DNA from: a virus
Lineage: Duplodnaviria; Caudoviricetes
Length of the DNA: 53,497 nt
Reading direction: 5' to 3' (one strand)
IMG/VR virus record: IMGVR_UViG_3300032295_001119
Location: 1-53,497 of that record
Numbering within the stretch: the first letter of the stretch is position 1; every line of letters begins with the position of its first letter. Position numbers and translations under genes: made by a program. The notes beneath the pieces are model-generated. The model did no database searches. It saw only the letters and a list, made by a program, of their open reading frames with translations, and was not told the origin of the DNA. This document shows positions 38,579-46,947 of this stretch, piece by piece.

Positions 38579-39355
38579 TTAAATAATTTTTTTGTGCTTC
38601 AACCACGGCAAAATTATCTCATTTGTAAATTCATCATGTTGTCTACCACTAGGATGATCACCTTCATGTATATCAGCAGTACCATATACACTACCGTTTT
38701 TAACCCAATTACCCATACTCTTTACAGGTAAGAAATTTGAAAAGTCAATCATATCATAAAGATGTTTAACTTCCTTATGCTCTCTCCAAGGATTTTTAGT
38801 CAATACATAATCTTGATATGTACTGAAAAAATATCTTATATTAAGACGCTCTAAGAACCATTGAACTCTTAGCATGTGTTCAAATGTACTTATGGTAGCT
38901 CCTATATCATCGTAGAAATATTTGTAATATAATCTAGCCTCTTCGTTAATCACTGGAGACTTTATGCTAGCCCAATGATGATTGAGTATGACCCAATTCT
39001 TCGTAGAGCCTTCAACAAAACCAGTTGGATTTTCCATCCATTGATTATCAACTCCATCGATATTGAATTGAAGTAATGAAGGATCCGTACATCTAAAATC
39101 AACACGATTGGGGCCTGACCACATAATGCCTACTAGTATATCTTCTGGCTTGTATTTCTTCAAAGCTTCAGATACAAAGTACATTACTTTTCTACTAACA
39201 AGACCGTTGCCTTGACTACCTAATCCACCGCTCTTATGTTCAACATAGGAATGATTCTTATATAGTTCATCACGCAAATACATAGGCCACGTGTTAATAA
39301 CTCCACTTGTTGTTTCAGTAAAACTGCATCCTGATGTTATTAGTATTTTAGACAT
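38579..39355 (-). CDS. SGNH/GDSL-like protein
   Basis: GCSFT, DHPS. Confidence 0.5.
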   Translation of the reverse strand: MSKILITSGCSFTETTSGVINTWPMYLRDELYKNHSYVEHKSGGLGSQGNGLVSRKVMYFVSEALKKYKPEDILVGIMWSGPNRVDFRCTDPSLLQFNIDGVDNQWMENPTGFVEGSTKNWVILNHHWASIKSPVINEEARLYYKYFYDDIGATISTFEHMLRVQWFLERLNIRYFFSTYQDYVLTKNPWREHKEVKHLYDMIDFSNFLPVKSMGNWVKNGSVYGTADIHEGDHPSGRQHDEFTNEIILPWLKHKKII

Positions 39356-39367
39356 GTTTTAATATTT

Positions 39368-39444
39368 TGGTCGGAGTACAAGGATTCGAACCTTGGACCC
39401 CCTGGTCCCAAACCAGGTGCGCTACCAGACTGCGCTACACTCCG
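39368..39444 (-). tRNA. tRNA-Pro(TGG)
   Basis: Cloverleaf, CCA. Confidence 0.93.
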
Positions 39445-39446
39445 AA

Positions 39447-39596
39447 TTAACTTGGTATCATTTTTGGCATGTAAGGTACAGCGCGGGGTCCGTGACGTTG
39501 TTGTAATAACATACGAGCCTCTTGTGCATCGTTTGCTCCAACTCGGTCAGTGAACTCTTTACCGTTTACTCTTATAGTTGCTTCAAATAATTTCAT
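39447..39596 (-). CDS. Small protein (49 aa)
   Basis: MKLFEATIRVNGKEF... fills inter-tRNA gap. Confidence 0.55.
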   Translation of the reverse strand: MKLFEATIRVNGKEFTDRVGANDAQEARMLLQQRHGPRAVPYMPKMIPS

Positions 39597-39602
39597 ATTG
39601 TT

Positions 39603-39676
39603 TGGATGCGGGTGACAGATTCGAACTGCCGATGCACCTGGCTTATGAGACCGGTGTGGTGACCACCCTACCCGCG
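39603..39676 (-). tRNA. tRNA-fMet-like (CAT), atypical
   Basis: C1:A72 mismatch, CTCATAA loop, shrunken D-arm. Confidence 0.7.
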
Positions 39677-39679
39677 TAA

Positions 39680-40339
39680 TTATTTATATCCTGATGTTAT
39701 AGCGTCACTTTTCCACAAATGACTCACATCATCAGGCATTTTGTATTCATTTCTGTATTGCAATATAGTAATATCATCATAGTGATCTTTACCATTCCAA
39801 GGTGCACCCAATGCCAATGTAACTTTACATTCATCTGATGTGTTAGTCATCCCATGGGGGAAACCACCGTCCATCACGAATGCATGTTCTATATCTGGTG
39901 CAGACACCTTTCCTTTATCAGTAATCCAATACAGTGTACTAGTATTACCTTGCAAAACAATTCTTATCTTATGTTGTAATGTGTTTAACTCATGCGGGCT
40001 ACAATCAATGTGTTCATTGTTTGAACTACCCGGTTTTGTTACCAACGCCATTACTCTAGCTCTACAGCCTATCCAGGGAAAAAGATAATCTTCAAACCAA
40101 TCAACGATTACTGTAGGAGTGTGACTAACCCAACGAAAGTCACCTGGTTGATTATTACTAGTGCCGTCTACACCTAGTCCGCCTTTAGTGTTTAAAGGAA
40201 ACATTTGTGTATGTCGATAATTATCCCAAAAGCTTAACTTACTATCAAGTGCTAAAATTTCTTTAGCGGCTTTTTTCTTGTCTAGTATGGGAATACCATC
40301 TATTCTAGCAAACAACAAATTATCAGCTGGTTTATTCAT
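39680..40339 (-). CDS. Cupin/2OG-Fe(II) hydroxylase-like protein
   Basis: HID...PHG. Confidence 0.55.
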   Translation of the reverse strand: MNKPADNLLFARIDGIPILDKKKAAKEILALDSKLSFWDNYRHTQMFPLNTKGGLGVDGTSNNQPGDFRWVSHTPTVIVDWFEDYLFPWIGCRARVMALVTKPGSSNNEHIDCSPHELNTLQHKIRIVLQGNTSTLYWITDKGKVSAPDIEHAFVMDGGFPHGMTNTSDECKVTLALGAPWNGKDHYDDITILQYRNEYKMPDDVSHLWKSDAITSGYK

Positions 40340-40352
40340 GTTGTAGTTATCT

Positions 40353-40428
40353 TGGTGGAGGTGACAGGGATCGAACCTGCGACCTATTGCTTGCAAAGCA
40401 ACCGCTCTCCCAACTGAGCTACACCCCC
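40353..40428 (-). tRNA. tRNA-Ala(TGC)
   Basis: Cloverleaf, G3:U70. Confidence 0.93.
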
Positions 40429-40479
40429 AATTTTACATACTACTTATCTCATTGTACTCCGTATGTAAGGGAGATTTCT

Positions 40480-40556
40480 TGGTGCCCCAGAGGAGACTCG
40501 AACTCCTAAAATTTGGCTTCTAAGACCAACACGTATACCAATTCCGTCACCAGGGC
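40480..40556 (-). tRNA. tRNA-Leu(TAG), short variable loop
   Basis: Cloverleaf, CCA. Confidence 0.85.
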
Positions 40557-40566
40557 ATAAATTTAT

Positions 40567-41853
40567 TTAGTATCTGTATGTTTCTGCTTTGTAAGGACCT
40601 TCTACTGAAACTCCTATGTACTTAGCTTGTTCATCAGTCAATGTCGTTAGTATAGCACCTATTTTATTTAAATGCAACCTTGCAACCTTCTCATCCAAGT
40701 GTTTTGGTAAAACGTACATTTGACCAACTTCATATTTTTGAGAATTTGTCCAAAGTTCAATCTGTGCAATTACTTGATTAGTAAAACTGTTGCTCATTAC
40801 AAAGCTTGGATGACCTGTAGCACAACCTAAGTTGACTAAACGACCTTTTGCAAGAATGATAATCTTGCGACCATTACTCAATTTTACATGATCTACTTGT
40901 GGTTTGATTTCTGTCCACTCACAATCGCTCAATCCTGCAATATCAATCTCACTATCAAAGTGACCGATGTTACAAACGATTGAATTTTCTTTCATCTGTA
41001 GCATATGGTTTACTTTGATAACATTAACGTTACCGGTAGCAGTAACGAAAATATCAGCTTCTCTACATGCTTGATCCATTGACACAACACGGAAGCCTTC
41101 CATTGCGGCTTGTAATGCACAGATAGGATCTGTCTCAGTGACCCAAACTTGGGCACTCAAAGCACGTAATGCTTGTGCAGAACCTTTACCAACATCACCG
41201 AAGCCACAAACAACTGCAACTTTACCTGCAATCATTACGTCAGTAGCACGTTTGATACTATCAACTAGACTTTCACGGCAACCATATAGGTTGTCAAATT
41301 TAGTCTTAGTGACTGAATCATTAACATTGATGGCACGTAACTTGAATTTACCTTGCTCAATTGCTTCTTTGATACGATGAATACCTGTAGTTGTTTCTTC
41401 ACTGACACCAGTGATTCCAGCTAACAACTCAGGCTCTTTTTCATGTACATACCATGTCAAATCATGACCATCGTCAAGTAACATATTAGGAGTCCAACCA
41501 TTTGGACCACGTACTGTTTGCTCAATGCACCACCAGTATTCATCTTCTGTTTCGCCTTTCCAAGCAAAGACAGGAATACCTAGATCGGCAATTGCCGCCG
41601 CGGCATGATCTTGTGTGCTGTAGATATTACAGCTAGACCAACGAACGTCGGCTCCTAAATCAACTAATGTTTTGATTAGAACCGCTGTTTGTATCGTCAT
41701 GTGCAAACTGCCTGCAATTCTTGCACCTTTGAGTGGCTTCTGTGACAAATATTCATCACGTATTGCCATCAAGCCGGGCATTTCACCTTCAGCAATTTCA
41801 ATCTCTTTGTGGCCCCATTGAGCCAGTGTAATATCTTTAATTTTATAGTCCAT
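40567..41853 (-). CDS. ahcY: S-adenosylhomocysteine hydrolase
   Basis: [46 protein letters not shown]. Confidence 0.97.
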   Translation of the reverse strand: MDYKIKDITLAQWGHKEIEIAEGEMPGLMAIRDEYLSQKPLKGARIAGSLHMTIQTAVLIKTLVDLGADVRWSSCNIYSTQDHAAAAIADLGIPVFAWKGETEDEYWWCIEQTVRGPNGWTPNMLLDDGHDLTWYVHEKEPELLAGITGVSEETTTGIHRIKEAIEQGKFKLRAINVNDSVTKTKFDNLYGCRESLVDSIKRATDVMIAGKVAVVCGFGDVGKGSAQALRALSAQVWVTETDPICALQAAMEGFRVVSMDQACREADIFVTATGNVNVIKVNHMLQMKENSIVCNIGHFDSEIDIAGLSDCEWTEIKPQVDHVKLSNGRKIIILAKGRLVNLGCATGHPSFVMSNSFTNQVIAQIELWTNSQKYEVGQMYVLPKHLDEKVARLHLNKIGAILTTLTDEQAKYIGVSVEGPYKAETYRY

Positions 41854-41870
41854 GTGTGCTTTCTTGTAAG

Positions 41871-41944
41871 TGGAGCGGGGTAGGAGAATCGAACTCCTCG
41901 CATTAGCTTGGAAGGCTAAGGTATTACCACTATACGAACCCCGC
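41871..41944 (-). tRNA. tRNA-Gly(TCC)
   Basis: Cloverleaf, CCA. Confidence 0.92.
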
Positions 41945-41956
41945 ATAAATATACTT

Positions 41957-42121
41957 ATGCACACTTACGATGCTATCACAAAAACCGGATTGTATATCCA
42001 TCTTTCTATGATGGAAGAACAATCATTTTACATACTTGTTCAAGACCTTGACAATTTCACATTAACTATGAAATTCTTCAATGACCCGAACACTGCTAGA
42101 GAATTCATCAAATCATTATGA
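41957..42121 (+). CDS. Small protein
   Basis: TAAATA-N5-ATG. Confidence 0.5.
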   Translation: MHTYDAITKTGLYIHLSMMEEQSFYILVQDLDNFTLTMKFFNDPNTAREFIKSL

Positions 42122-42278
42122 CAGTACCACTCAATACCTTCATAGGTTTGTACGAATTGGCTAAAAAAAGACCACCGTATCAGCCAACTAGTAGTTGGGG
42201 ACCAGGTACATACAAGCCAGATGAGTTACTGAAATCAACGAAAGAATTCATAGCTGATGAATTATTGCATCCTAAAAA

Positions 42279-42354
42279 TGGTAGATGTGAGTGGATTCGA
42301 ACCACCGACCTGCTCCGTATGAAGGAGATGCACTAGCCGCTGTGCTACACATCC
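42279..42354 (-). tRNA. tRNA(CAT), Met or Ile2
   Basis: Cloverleaf, loop TTCATAC. Confidence 0.85.
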
Positions 42355-42355
42355 A

Positions 42356-42538
42356 TTAAGCTTTTGTATCTACTGATTGACCCTTATCGTTGTAAGTGTC
42401 AAGTGTACCTTTATATGTATATGTAATACATTCATAATAGGTCTGTAATGTCTTTGGATCTTGTACTTGCGTGTATTGTCTAACTACAATGTCATTGCGA
42501 ACAAAGTCTACTACTCGTTGTATAGATTGAATTTCCAT
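42356..42538 (-). CDS. Small protein
   Basis: TAAATA-N4-ATG MEIQSIQ... Confidence 0.55.
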   Translation of the reverse strand: MEIQSIQRVVDFVRNDIVVRQYTQVQDPKTLQTYYECITYTYKGTLDTYNDKGQSVDTKA

Positions 42539-42552
42539 CAAGTATTTATTGA

Positions 42553-42629
42553 TACCATATAGAAACACACTAGGCTACTTACCGATTTATCTCGGAATTC
42601 TTTTTCGCAAAATGTGTTTTTATATGGTA
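42553..42629 (-). repeat. Long-stem element H1
   Basis: 17-bp inverted repeat, 1 mismatch, overlapping tRNA-Lys ACCA. Confidence 0.8.
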
Positions 42630-42699
42630 GGGGCACAGAGAATCGAACTCTGATTAATAGGTTAAAAGCCTACTACTTTAGCCGTTAAGTTATACCCCC
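42625..42699 (-). tRNA. tRNA-Lys(TTT)
   Basis: Cloverleaf, CCA. Confidence 0.9.
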
Positions 42700-42702
42700 A
42701 TA

Positions 42703-42777
42703 TGGTCCCTCCACTCAGAATTGAACTGAGTCTTGTCGGATTAAGAGTCCGCTATGCTACCGTAACATCTTGAAGGG
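42703..42777 (-). tRNA. tRNA-Lys(CTT)
   Basis: Cloverleaf, CCA. Confidence 0.85.
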
Positions 42778-42895
42778 ATGAGATCGTACTAGATTTTTCT
42801 TTTACGTGCCATCCTAGAACCATACGGGGGTTTAGAATGACACTATCGTTTGCCTGAACGTTTCATGTCAAATTTCCTTTTTGTTAAGAGTTGAT

Positions 42896-42924
42896 AGTAT
42901 ATGCTAAACAGGATTATTTGTCAA
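42896..42924 (-). promoter_or_regulatory. sigma70 promoter
   Basis: TTGACA-N17-TATACT. Confidence 0.75.
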
Positions 42925-42939
42925 GCCTATACAAAAATT

Positions 42940-43143
42940 AGTTGTCTAGCTACTCACACCACATGAGCCCTAAACTGAGCAGTTACTCTGTCCATGATAT
43001 TTTCTTCTTCTGGAAAGGCTATCAATCCTCACCCTAGGCAGTTTTCAGTATCCCCCAACAGGGACTGTAAGGTCAGGTCCTAGTGTACCCCCTGGTCTAT
43101 CGTTACAGGGACGCACTTTCATAACGTGAAAGTGTAAGCCGGG
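42940..43143 (-). ncRNA. Candidate structured ncRNA (~200 nt)
   Basis: ORF-free, GC-richer than flanks, several hairpins. Confidence 0.45.
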
Positions 43144-43632
43144 TTAGTCGGGTTTCAAGAAGAAATAGTTGTCTTTTGGAACCCAAATAAGAGAATCTGA
43201 TAAAAAATCATCTTCATTGATGATTTTAGTAGAATACATGCCACTATCCACAATTTGCGGATGGGAATATACGTCATAAAATTTTCTTAGTAAGTTAAAA
43301 TTTATCCCCGGTTTATTATGCAAACATACTTGCCAGGCTGCCCCTCCAGTTAACACGTTAGAATTATCAGGTAGATAATTCCTTAATTCTTCTAAATTGT
43401 TCACATATTGATGTTGTGGATAAACTGATTCAAACAGCGCATGTGTTCTATACTTTTCAGAATCACAGTTATTGTTTACATATCCAGAACAAAAAAATAT
43501 TTGCTGGAATTCTTTCTTAACTACAAAAGCTAGCAATCTTGCATAAAATTGCATAGTGGTTTTTGGTTTGGTGGATTTTATCCAATTTTCTCCCCAGCAA
43601 TCTATAAGAATCAACGCATCAAATTTTATCAT
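43144..43632 (-). CDS. Isochorismatase/cysteine-hydrolase-like protein
   Basis: ALILIDCW, GGAAWQVC. Confidence 0.45.
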   Translation of the reverse strand: MIKFDALILIDCWGENWIKSTKPKTTMQFYARLLAFVVKKEFQQIFFCSGYVNNNCDSEKYRTHALFESVYPQHQYVNNLEELRNYLPDNSNVLTGGAAWQVCLHNKPGINFNLLRKFYDVYSHPQIVDSGMYSTKIINEDDFLSDSLIWVPKDNYFFLKPD

Positions 43633-43645
43633 AATGTATTTATAA

Positions 43646-43722
43646 TGGTACCCCAACCTTGATTCGAACAAGGGACCCTCGCCTTATCAAGACGATGCTC
43701 TAACCAACTGAGCTATTGAGGC
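43646..43722 (-). tRNA. tRNA-Ile(GAT)
   Basis: Cloverleaf, CCA. Confidence 0.92.
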
Positions 43723-43724
43723 AA

Positions 43725-44477
43725 TTATTTTTTGATTCGATCAACAATCCATGCACCTATATCAATTTCATTTGGTAGTTCACCAAATCGATAATTTGCA
43801 GGACTGTTATGATGATTGTTGTGCCATCCAGCACCCAATGCAATATAAGATATCAATGGAACATTTCTTGAGTTATCTTTTGTGTCATACGTTCTATATC
43901 CAAAGTTTGGACTATGGAAACAATAGTTACTCAAGTTATCTGCTAGTGACACTAAAAAGAATGCACCTACGCAGAAAAAGAACAGAAAGAAGTGTATATC
44001 TATCAATGCTAATATCAATCCTAATGACCAATAAAGTTTGTAGTAATGGTCATGTGTTAGTCTGATAATTTTATCTTTATACAATTTTCTAGGGGCAATA
44101 AATCCTTGTGTACTAAAATCACCTTTGATTTGCCAACCCCAAGAACTTCTCCAAAAACCATGCATTGGAGAATGTATATCTGCAAGTGTATCAGAATTTC
44201 TGTGATGGTGTAGATGCAATGCTGTCCAAAATATAACAGATCCTTGCCCTGTCATACTTCCTAACAACAAAAACATATAATGCCAAAATTTAGAAACTTC
44301 AAAACTCTGATGAGTAAAGTATCGATGAAACCCTACAGTACCACCAAAGATACACAACAAATATCCTAAAAGCATATACAAAACATATAACCAACTGAAA
44401 TCTGTAATCAGAAGGAATGTCGCAACACCCAACAATATAAATTGCGGTAGCATAAGTTTATAAAAATGATGACTCAT
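43725..44477 (-). CDS. Membrane fatty-acid desaturase (delta-9 type)
   Basis: His boxes HRYFTH, HLHHH, HNNHH. Confidence 0.9.
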   Translation of the reverse strand: MSHHFYKLMLPQFILLGVATFLLITDFSWLYVLYMLLGYLLCIFGGTVGFHRYFTHQSFEVSKFWHYMFLLLGSMTGQGSVIFWTALHLHHHRNSDTLADIHSPMHGFWRSSWGWQIKGDFSTQGFIAPRKLYKDKIIRLTHDHYYKLYWSLGLILALIDIHFFLFFFCVGAFFLVSLADNLSNYCFHSPNFGYRTYDTKDNSRNVPLISYIALGAGWHNNHHNSPANYRFGELPNEIDIGAWIVDRIKK

Positions 44478-44500
44478 ACGTTTATTTAGTTATATGTTAC

Positions 44501-44562
44501 AGGATGCATTTTTACGGTTTTGATTAGAAGTCAAATGTATAAATGTTTGCAGTTAGCATCCT
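44501..44562 (-). ncRNA. ACWGCAA-family ncRNA D carrying Arg(UCU) anticodon arm
   Basis: AGGATGC-TAACTGCAA...TTTGA-CTTCTAA-TCAAA...GCATCCT. Confidence 0.75.
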
Positions 44563-44567
44563 TGTTC

Positions 44568-44657
44568 TGGCGGAAGCGGTGAGATTCGAACTCACGGGAC
44601 GCTTTCACGTCCGGCGGTTTTCAAGACCGCTGCCATAGACCACTCGGCCACACTTCC
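44568..44657 (-). tRNA. tRNA-Ser(TGA)
   Basis: Cloverleaf with long variable arm. Confidence 0.93.
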
Positions 44658-45748
44658 TAATTCAACGGGACTATATAATCCCTTGCATCTTTTTTGTTCA
44701 TGAATACATTGTAGTTGTATTCACAAATTTTGTTTAATTCTATAGACAAGATGTGCCATTCAGTATCACTTAAATTGCACAACCTTTCTACTTCATTGAC
44801 AATCATTACCATTCGTTTATATGGATCATACTCTTTATCATATGATTCGTCAAAGAATGGATTGAATGTCTTGTATCCAATTTCTTTTAATAACTCTAAA
44901 CTGTTCGGTGAAGTTATTAACAGAAATGGGTGCTTGTGTATGATAGGCTTGAATGTTTTTTCACTAAAGAACCTATTACCATTGTTGTTGAAAAAGTATG
45001 TCTCGCTCACAACACTAAAATATGAAGATTCATAAAATGATATCATGGATTCAGTAGGGTAATTATGCATCACTGTTTTATCAGTTGTATCTAAAACCAA
45101 AGGTTCTAAACTTTCTAATCTATCAATGTAATTCTCTGATATCTGATTATCGAAGTGATGCCAAATCTCACGCCAAGATATATCAGTCTGAAAACTGACA
45201 TACCCTTTATCTAACAAATTTCTAATCTCGGATAAACCCACAAACAAAAATCTATGTACTCTATCAACCTCATTACGTCGGTTCAGATTCAAAAATCTTT
45301 TTAATTTAGGTTTAGTATGATCCACACACACATTGTATCTACGGGTATGTTGCTCGAAATAGTTATACCAAAATGTTTTTATAGGTTTTCTGTTCAGTGT
45401 TTCAGCAACTTCATTTACCGTTGTTACCGCATCCCTTGATGCAATTACTAATGCAATGTTTTCTTCAGAAATATTTAACTCAAGTATGATATCGGTGTAG
45501 ATAGAGTGTATCACCTCAGGAAAAGATTCAAACTCCATAGCTAGCAAAAGCTTAATGTTTCCCTTAACTATGTTGTCGAATATTTGTTGAGGAATGTGAT
45601 TAACTACATGTTTAGTAGCATCATACGAACTTATTCCAATATACCAATACAAATCAGTAGAAGGAATATCATATTCTTTTACAAGATTGTTTGCCAACTC
45701 TCCATTGAGGAGTAATCGCTTTCTTAATTGTTGATTGAGTATAGGCAT
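44657..45748 (-). CDS. Glycosyltransferase-like protein (TEKT family paralog 3)
   Basis: LNRR..HR, VVSET, SEKTFKP, HPF, FDESYD. Confidence 0.5.
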   Translation of the reverse strand: MPILNQQLRKRLLLNGELANNLVKEYDIPSTDLYWYIGISSYDATKHVVNHIPQQIFDNIVKGNIKLLLAMEFESFPEVIHSIYTDIILELNISEENIALVIASRDAVTTVNEVAETLNRKPIKTFWYNYFEQHTRRYNVCVDHTKPKLKRFLNLNRRNEVDRVHRFLFVGLSEIRNLLDKGYVSFQTDISWREIWHHFDNQISENYIDRLESLEPLVLDTTDKTVMHNYPTESMISFYESSYFSVVSETYFFNNNGNRFFSEKTFKPIIHKHPFLLITSPNSLELLKEIGYKTFNPFFDESYDKEYDPYKRMVMIVNEVERLCNLSDTEWHILSIELNKICEYNYNVFMNKKDARDYIVPLN

Positions 45749-45768
45749 ATTTTATTTAAGCCTAAATT

Positions 45769-45856
45769 TGGCGGATAGTATAGGATTCGAACCTATGCGC
45801 CCATTTCTGAACGACAGTTTAGCAAACTGCTGCCTTAACCACTCGGCCAACTATCC
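45769..45856 (-). tRNA. tRNA-Ser(GCT)
   Basis: Cloverleaf with long variable arm. Confidence 0.92.
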
Positions 45857-45865
45857 ATAAAATTT

Positions 45866-45942
45866 TGGTGCTCCCAACTGGACTCGAACCAGTAACCGAT
45901 CGATTATGAGTCGATTGCACTAACCAATTGTGCTATAGGAGC
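45866..45942 (-). tRNA. tRNA(CAT), Met or Ile2
   Basis: Cloverleaf, loop CTCATAA. Confidence 0.9.
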
Positions 45943-45944
45943 TA

Positions 45945-46034
45945 TACCATATAAAAACACACTTAAACAGTCCTTCAACGCTAGACGCTATCTCCCCAAC
46001 TAGAGGGCGGAGCTGTGTGTGTTTTTATATGGTA
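45945..46034 (-). repeat. Long-stem element H2
   Basis: Perfect 18-bp inverted repeat TACCATATAAAAACACAC overlapping tRNA-Leu ACCA. Confidence 0.85.
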
Positions 46035-46113
46035 CCCGAGACCGGACTCGAACCGGTACGCAATTACGCGGCAGATTTTAAGTCTGCTGTGTCTACCATT
46101 CCACCACTCGGGC
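46030..46113 (-). tRNA. tRNA-Leu(TAA)
   Basis: Cloverleaf with variable arm. Confidence 0.92.
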
Positions 46114-46127
46114 AAAAATCTGCAATT

Positions 46128-46177
46128 AATTTTTAAAGAACAGATGCTATTATATAGCACCTGCAATTTATTGTCAA
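46128..46177 (-). promoter_or_regulatory. sigma70 promoter plus boxA-like element
   Basis: TTGACA-N17-TATAAT then TGTTCTTTAAAAA. Confidence 0.75.
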
Positions 46178-46181
46178 TGAA

Positions 46182-46378
46182 TTTGTAAGTCGTTGCGTCC
46201 CTCATATCGCAACCATTTTCCCATGTAATTAAGCCGGCTGGGTCAAGATCCGTCACTTGGGCTTTGTCCAGTCGGCACACCATATGCCTGTAGTGAGGAC
46301 TCGAACCTCCAACCTTCTACTGTTTTGGTAGTTCGAACATACCTAGACAGCGTGACTCCACTTGCTGACACTTACAAA
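46182..46378 (-). ncRNA. Structured ncRNA with T-loop, CAGCAA-variant family member
   Basis: TTTGTAAGT-GTCAGCAA...ACTTACAAA helix; GAGG-TTCGAGT-CCTC T-arm. Confidence 0.6.
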
Positions 46379-46381
46379 ACT

Positions 46382-46458
46382 TGGCGCACCGTAGGGGACT
46401 TGAACCCCTGGCCTCATGCGTGACAGGCATGCGATCTAACCAACTGATCTAACGGTGC
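46382..46458 (-). tRNA. tRNA-Asp(GTC)
   Basis: Cloverleaf, CCA. Confidence 0.92.
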
Positions 46459-46465
46459 ATATTCT

Positions 46466-46552
46466 TGGTGGAGACGACTGGAGTCGAACCAGTAGTGCCT
46501 TTCGGGCGGCGGATTTACAGTCCACTGGGGTTACCAATTTTCCTACATCTCC
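46466..46552 (-). tRNA. tRNA-Tyr(GTA)
   Basis: Cloverleaf with variable arm. Confidence 0.9.
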
Positions 46553-46558
46553 AAGATT

Positions 46559-46633
46559 TGGAAGAGCCACGGGGAATCGAACCCCGCTTCTCAGGATGAA
46601 AACCTGATGTCCTAACCGATAGACGATGGCTCC
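46559..46633 (-). tRNA. tRNA-Glu(TTC)
   Basis: Cloverleaf, CCA. Confidence 0.9.
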
Positions 46634-46634
46634 A

Positions 46635-46740
46635 TCTATATGAAAACACACTAGTGAAATCGCACTACCCCAGTTTCACGCTGAGTTACCAGTAGCTACA
46701 GAGGCATTGTCCTCCTGCGAATAATGTGTTTACATATAGA
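46635..46740 (-). repeat. Long-stem element H3
   Basis: 16-bp inverted repeat TCTATATG(T/A)AAACACA, 1 mismatch. Confidence 0.75.
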
Positions 46741-46771
46741 GCCCTGAACTTAACAGGGATATATGAATTCT

Positions 46772-46854
46772 AAATTTTAAAGAACCTTGTTAAAAAGTCA
46801 GATGACTTTCTCAACTCATGCTATGATTGTATCATAGTCATGATTTATTGTCAA
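46772..46854 (-). promoter_or_regulatory. sigma70 promoter, hairpin and boxA-like element
   Basis: TTGACA-N17-TACAAT ... AAAGTCA-TC-TGACTTT ... GGTTCTTTAAAA. Confidence 0.7.
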
Positions 46855-46873
46855 CCTTTCGTTGACTTTTTCT

Positions 46874-46947
46874 TGGCATCCCGCGAGAGATTCGAACTCC
46901 CACCAAGGGTTTTGGAGACCCGTATGCTGCCGTTACACTAGCGAGAT
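46874..46947 (-). tRNA. tRNA-Trp(CCA)
   Basis: Cloverleaf; overlaps 3' end of upstream CDS. Confidence 0.88.

Noticed and set aside
42118-42336. + strand 72-aa ORF
   Set aside because: Its 3' part runs antisense through a tRNA gene; it may be real but is not supportable.
43134-43146. AACCCGGCTTA resembling the RNase P RNA 3' consensus
   Set aside because: It lies at the 5' end of the non-coding island, and the partner GAGGAAAGTCC motif is absent.
44519-44535. Amber-suppressor (CTA) anticodon / recoded genome
   Set aside because: The loop CTTCTAA centres on TCT (Arg); long genes are intact in the standard code and no suppressor tRNA was seen.
45981-46651. ORFs 45981-46283 and 46436-46651 (also 51659-52007 and 53283-53465)
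   Set aside because: They overlap clear tRNA genes and are spurious translations.
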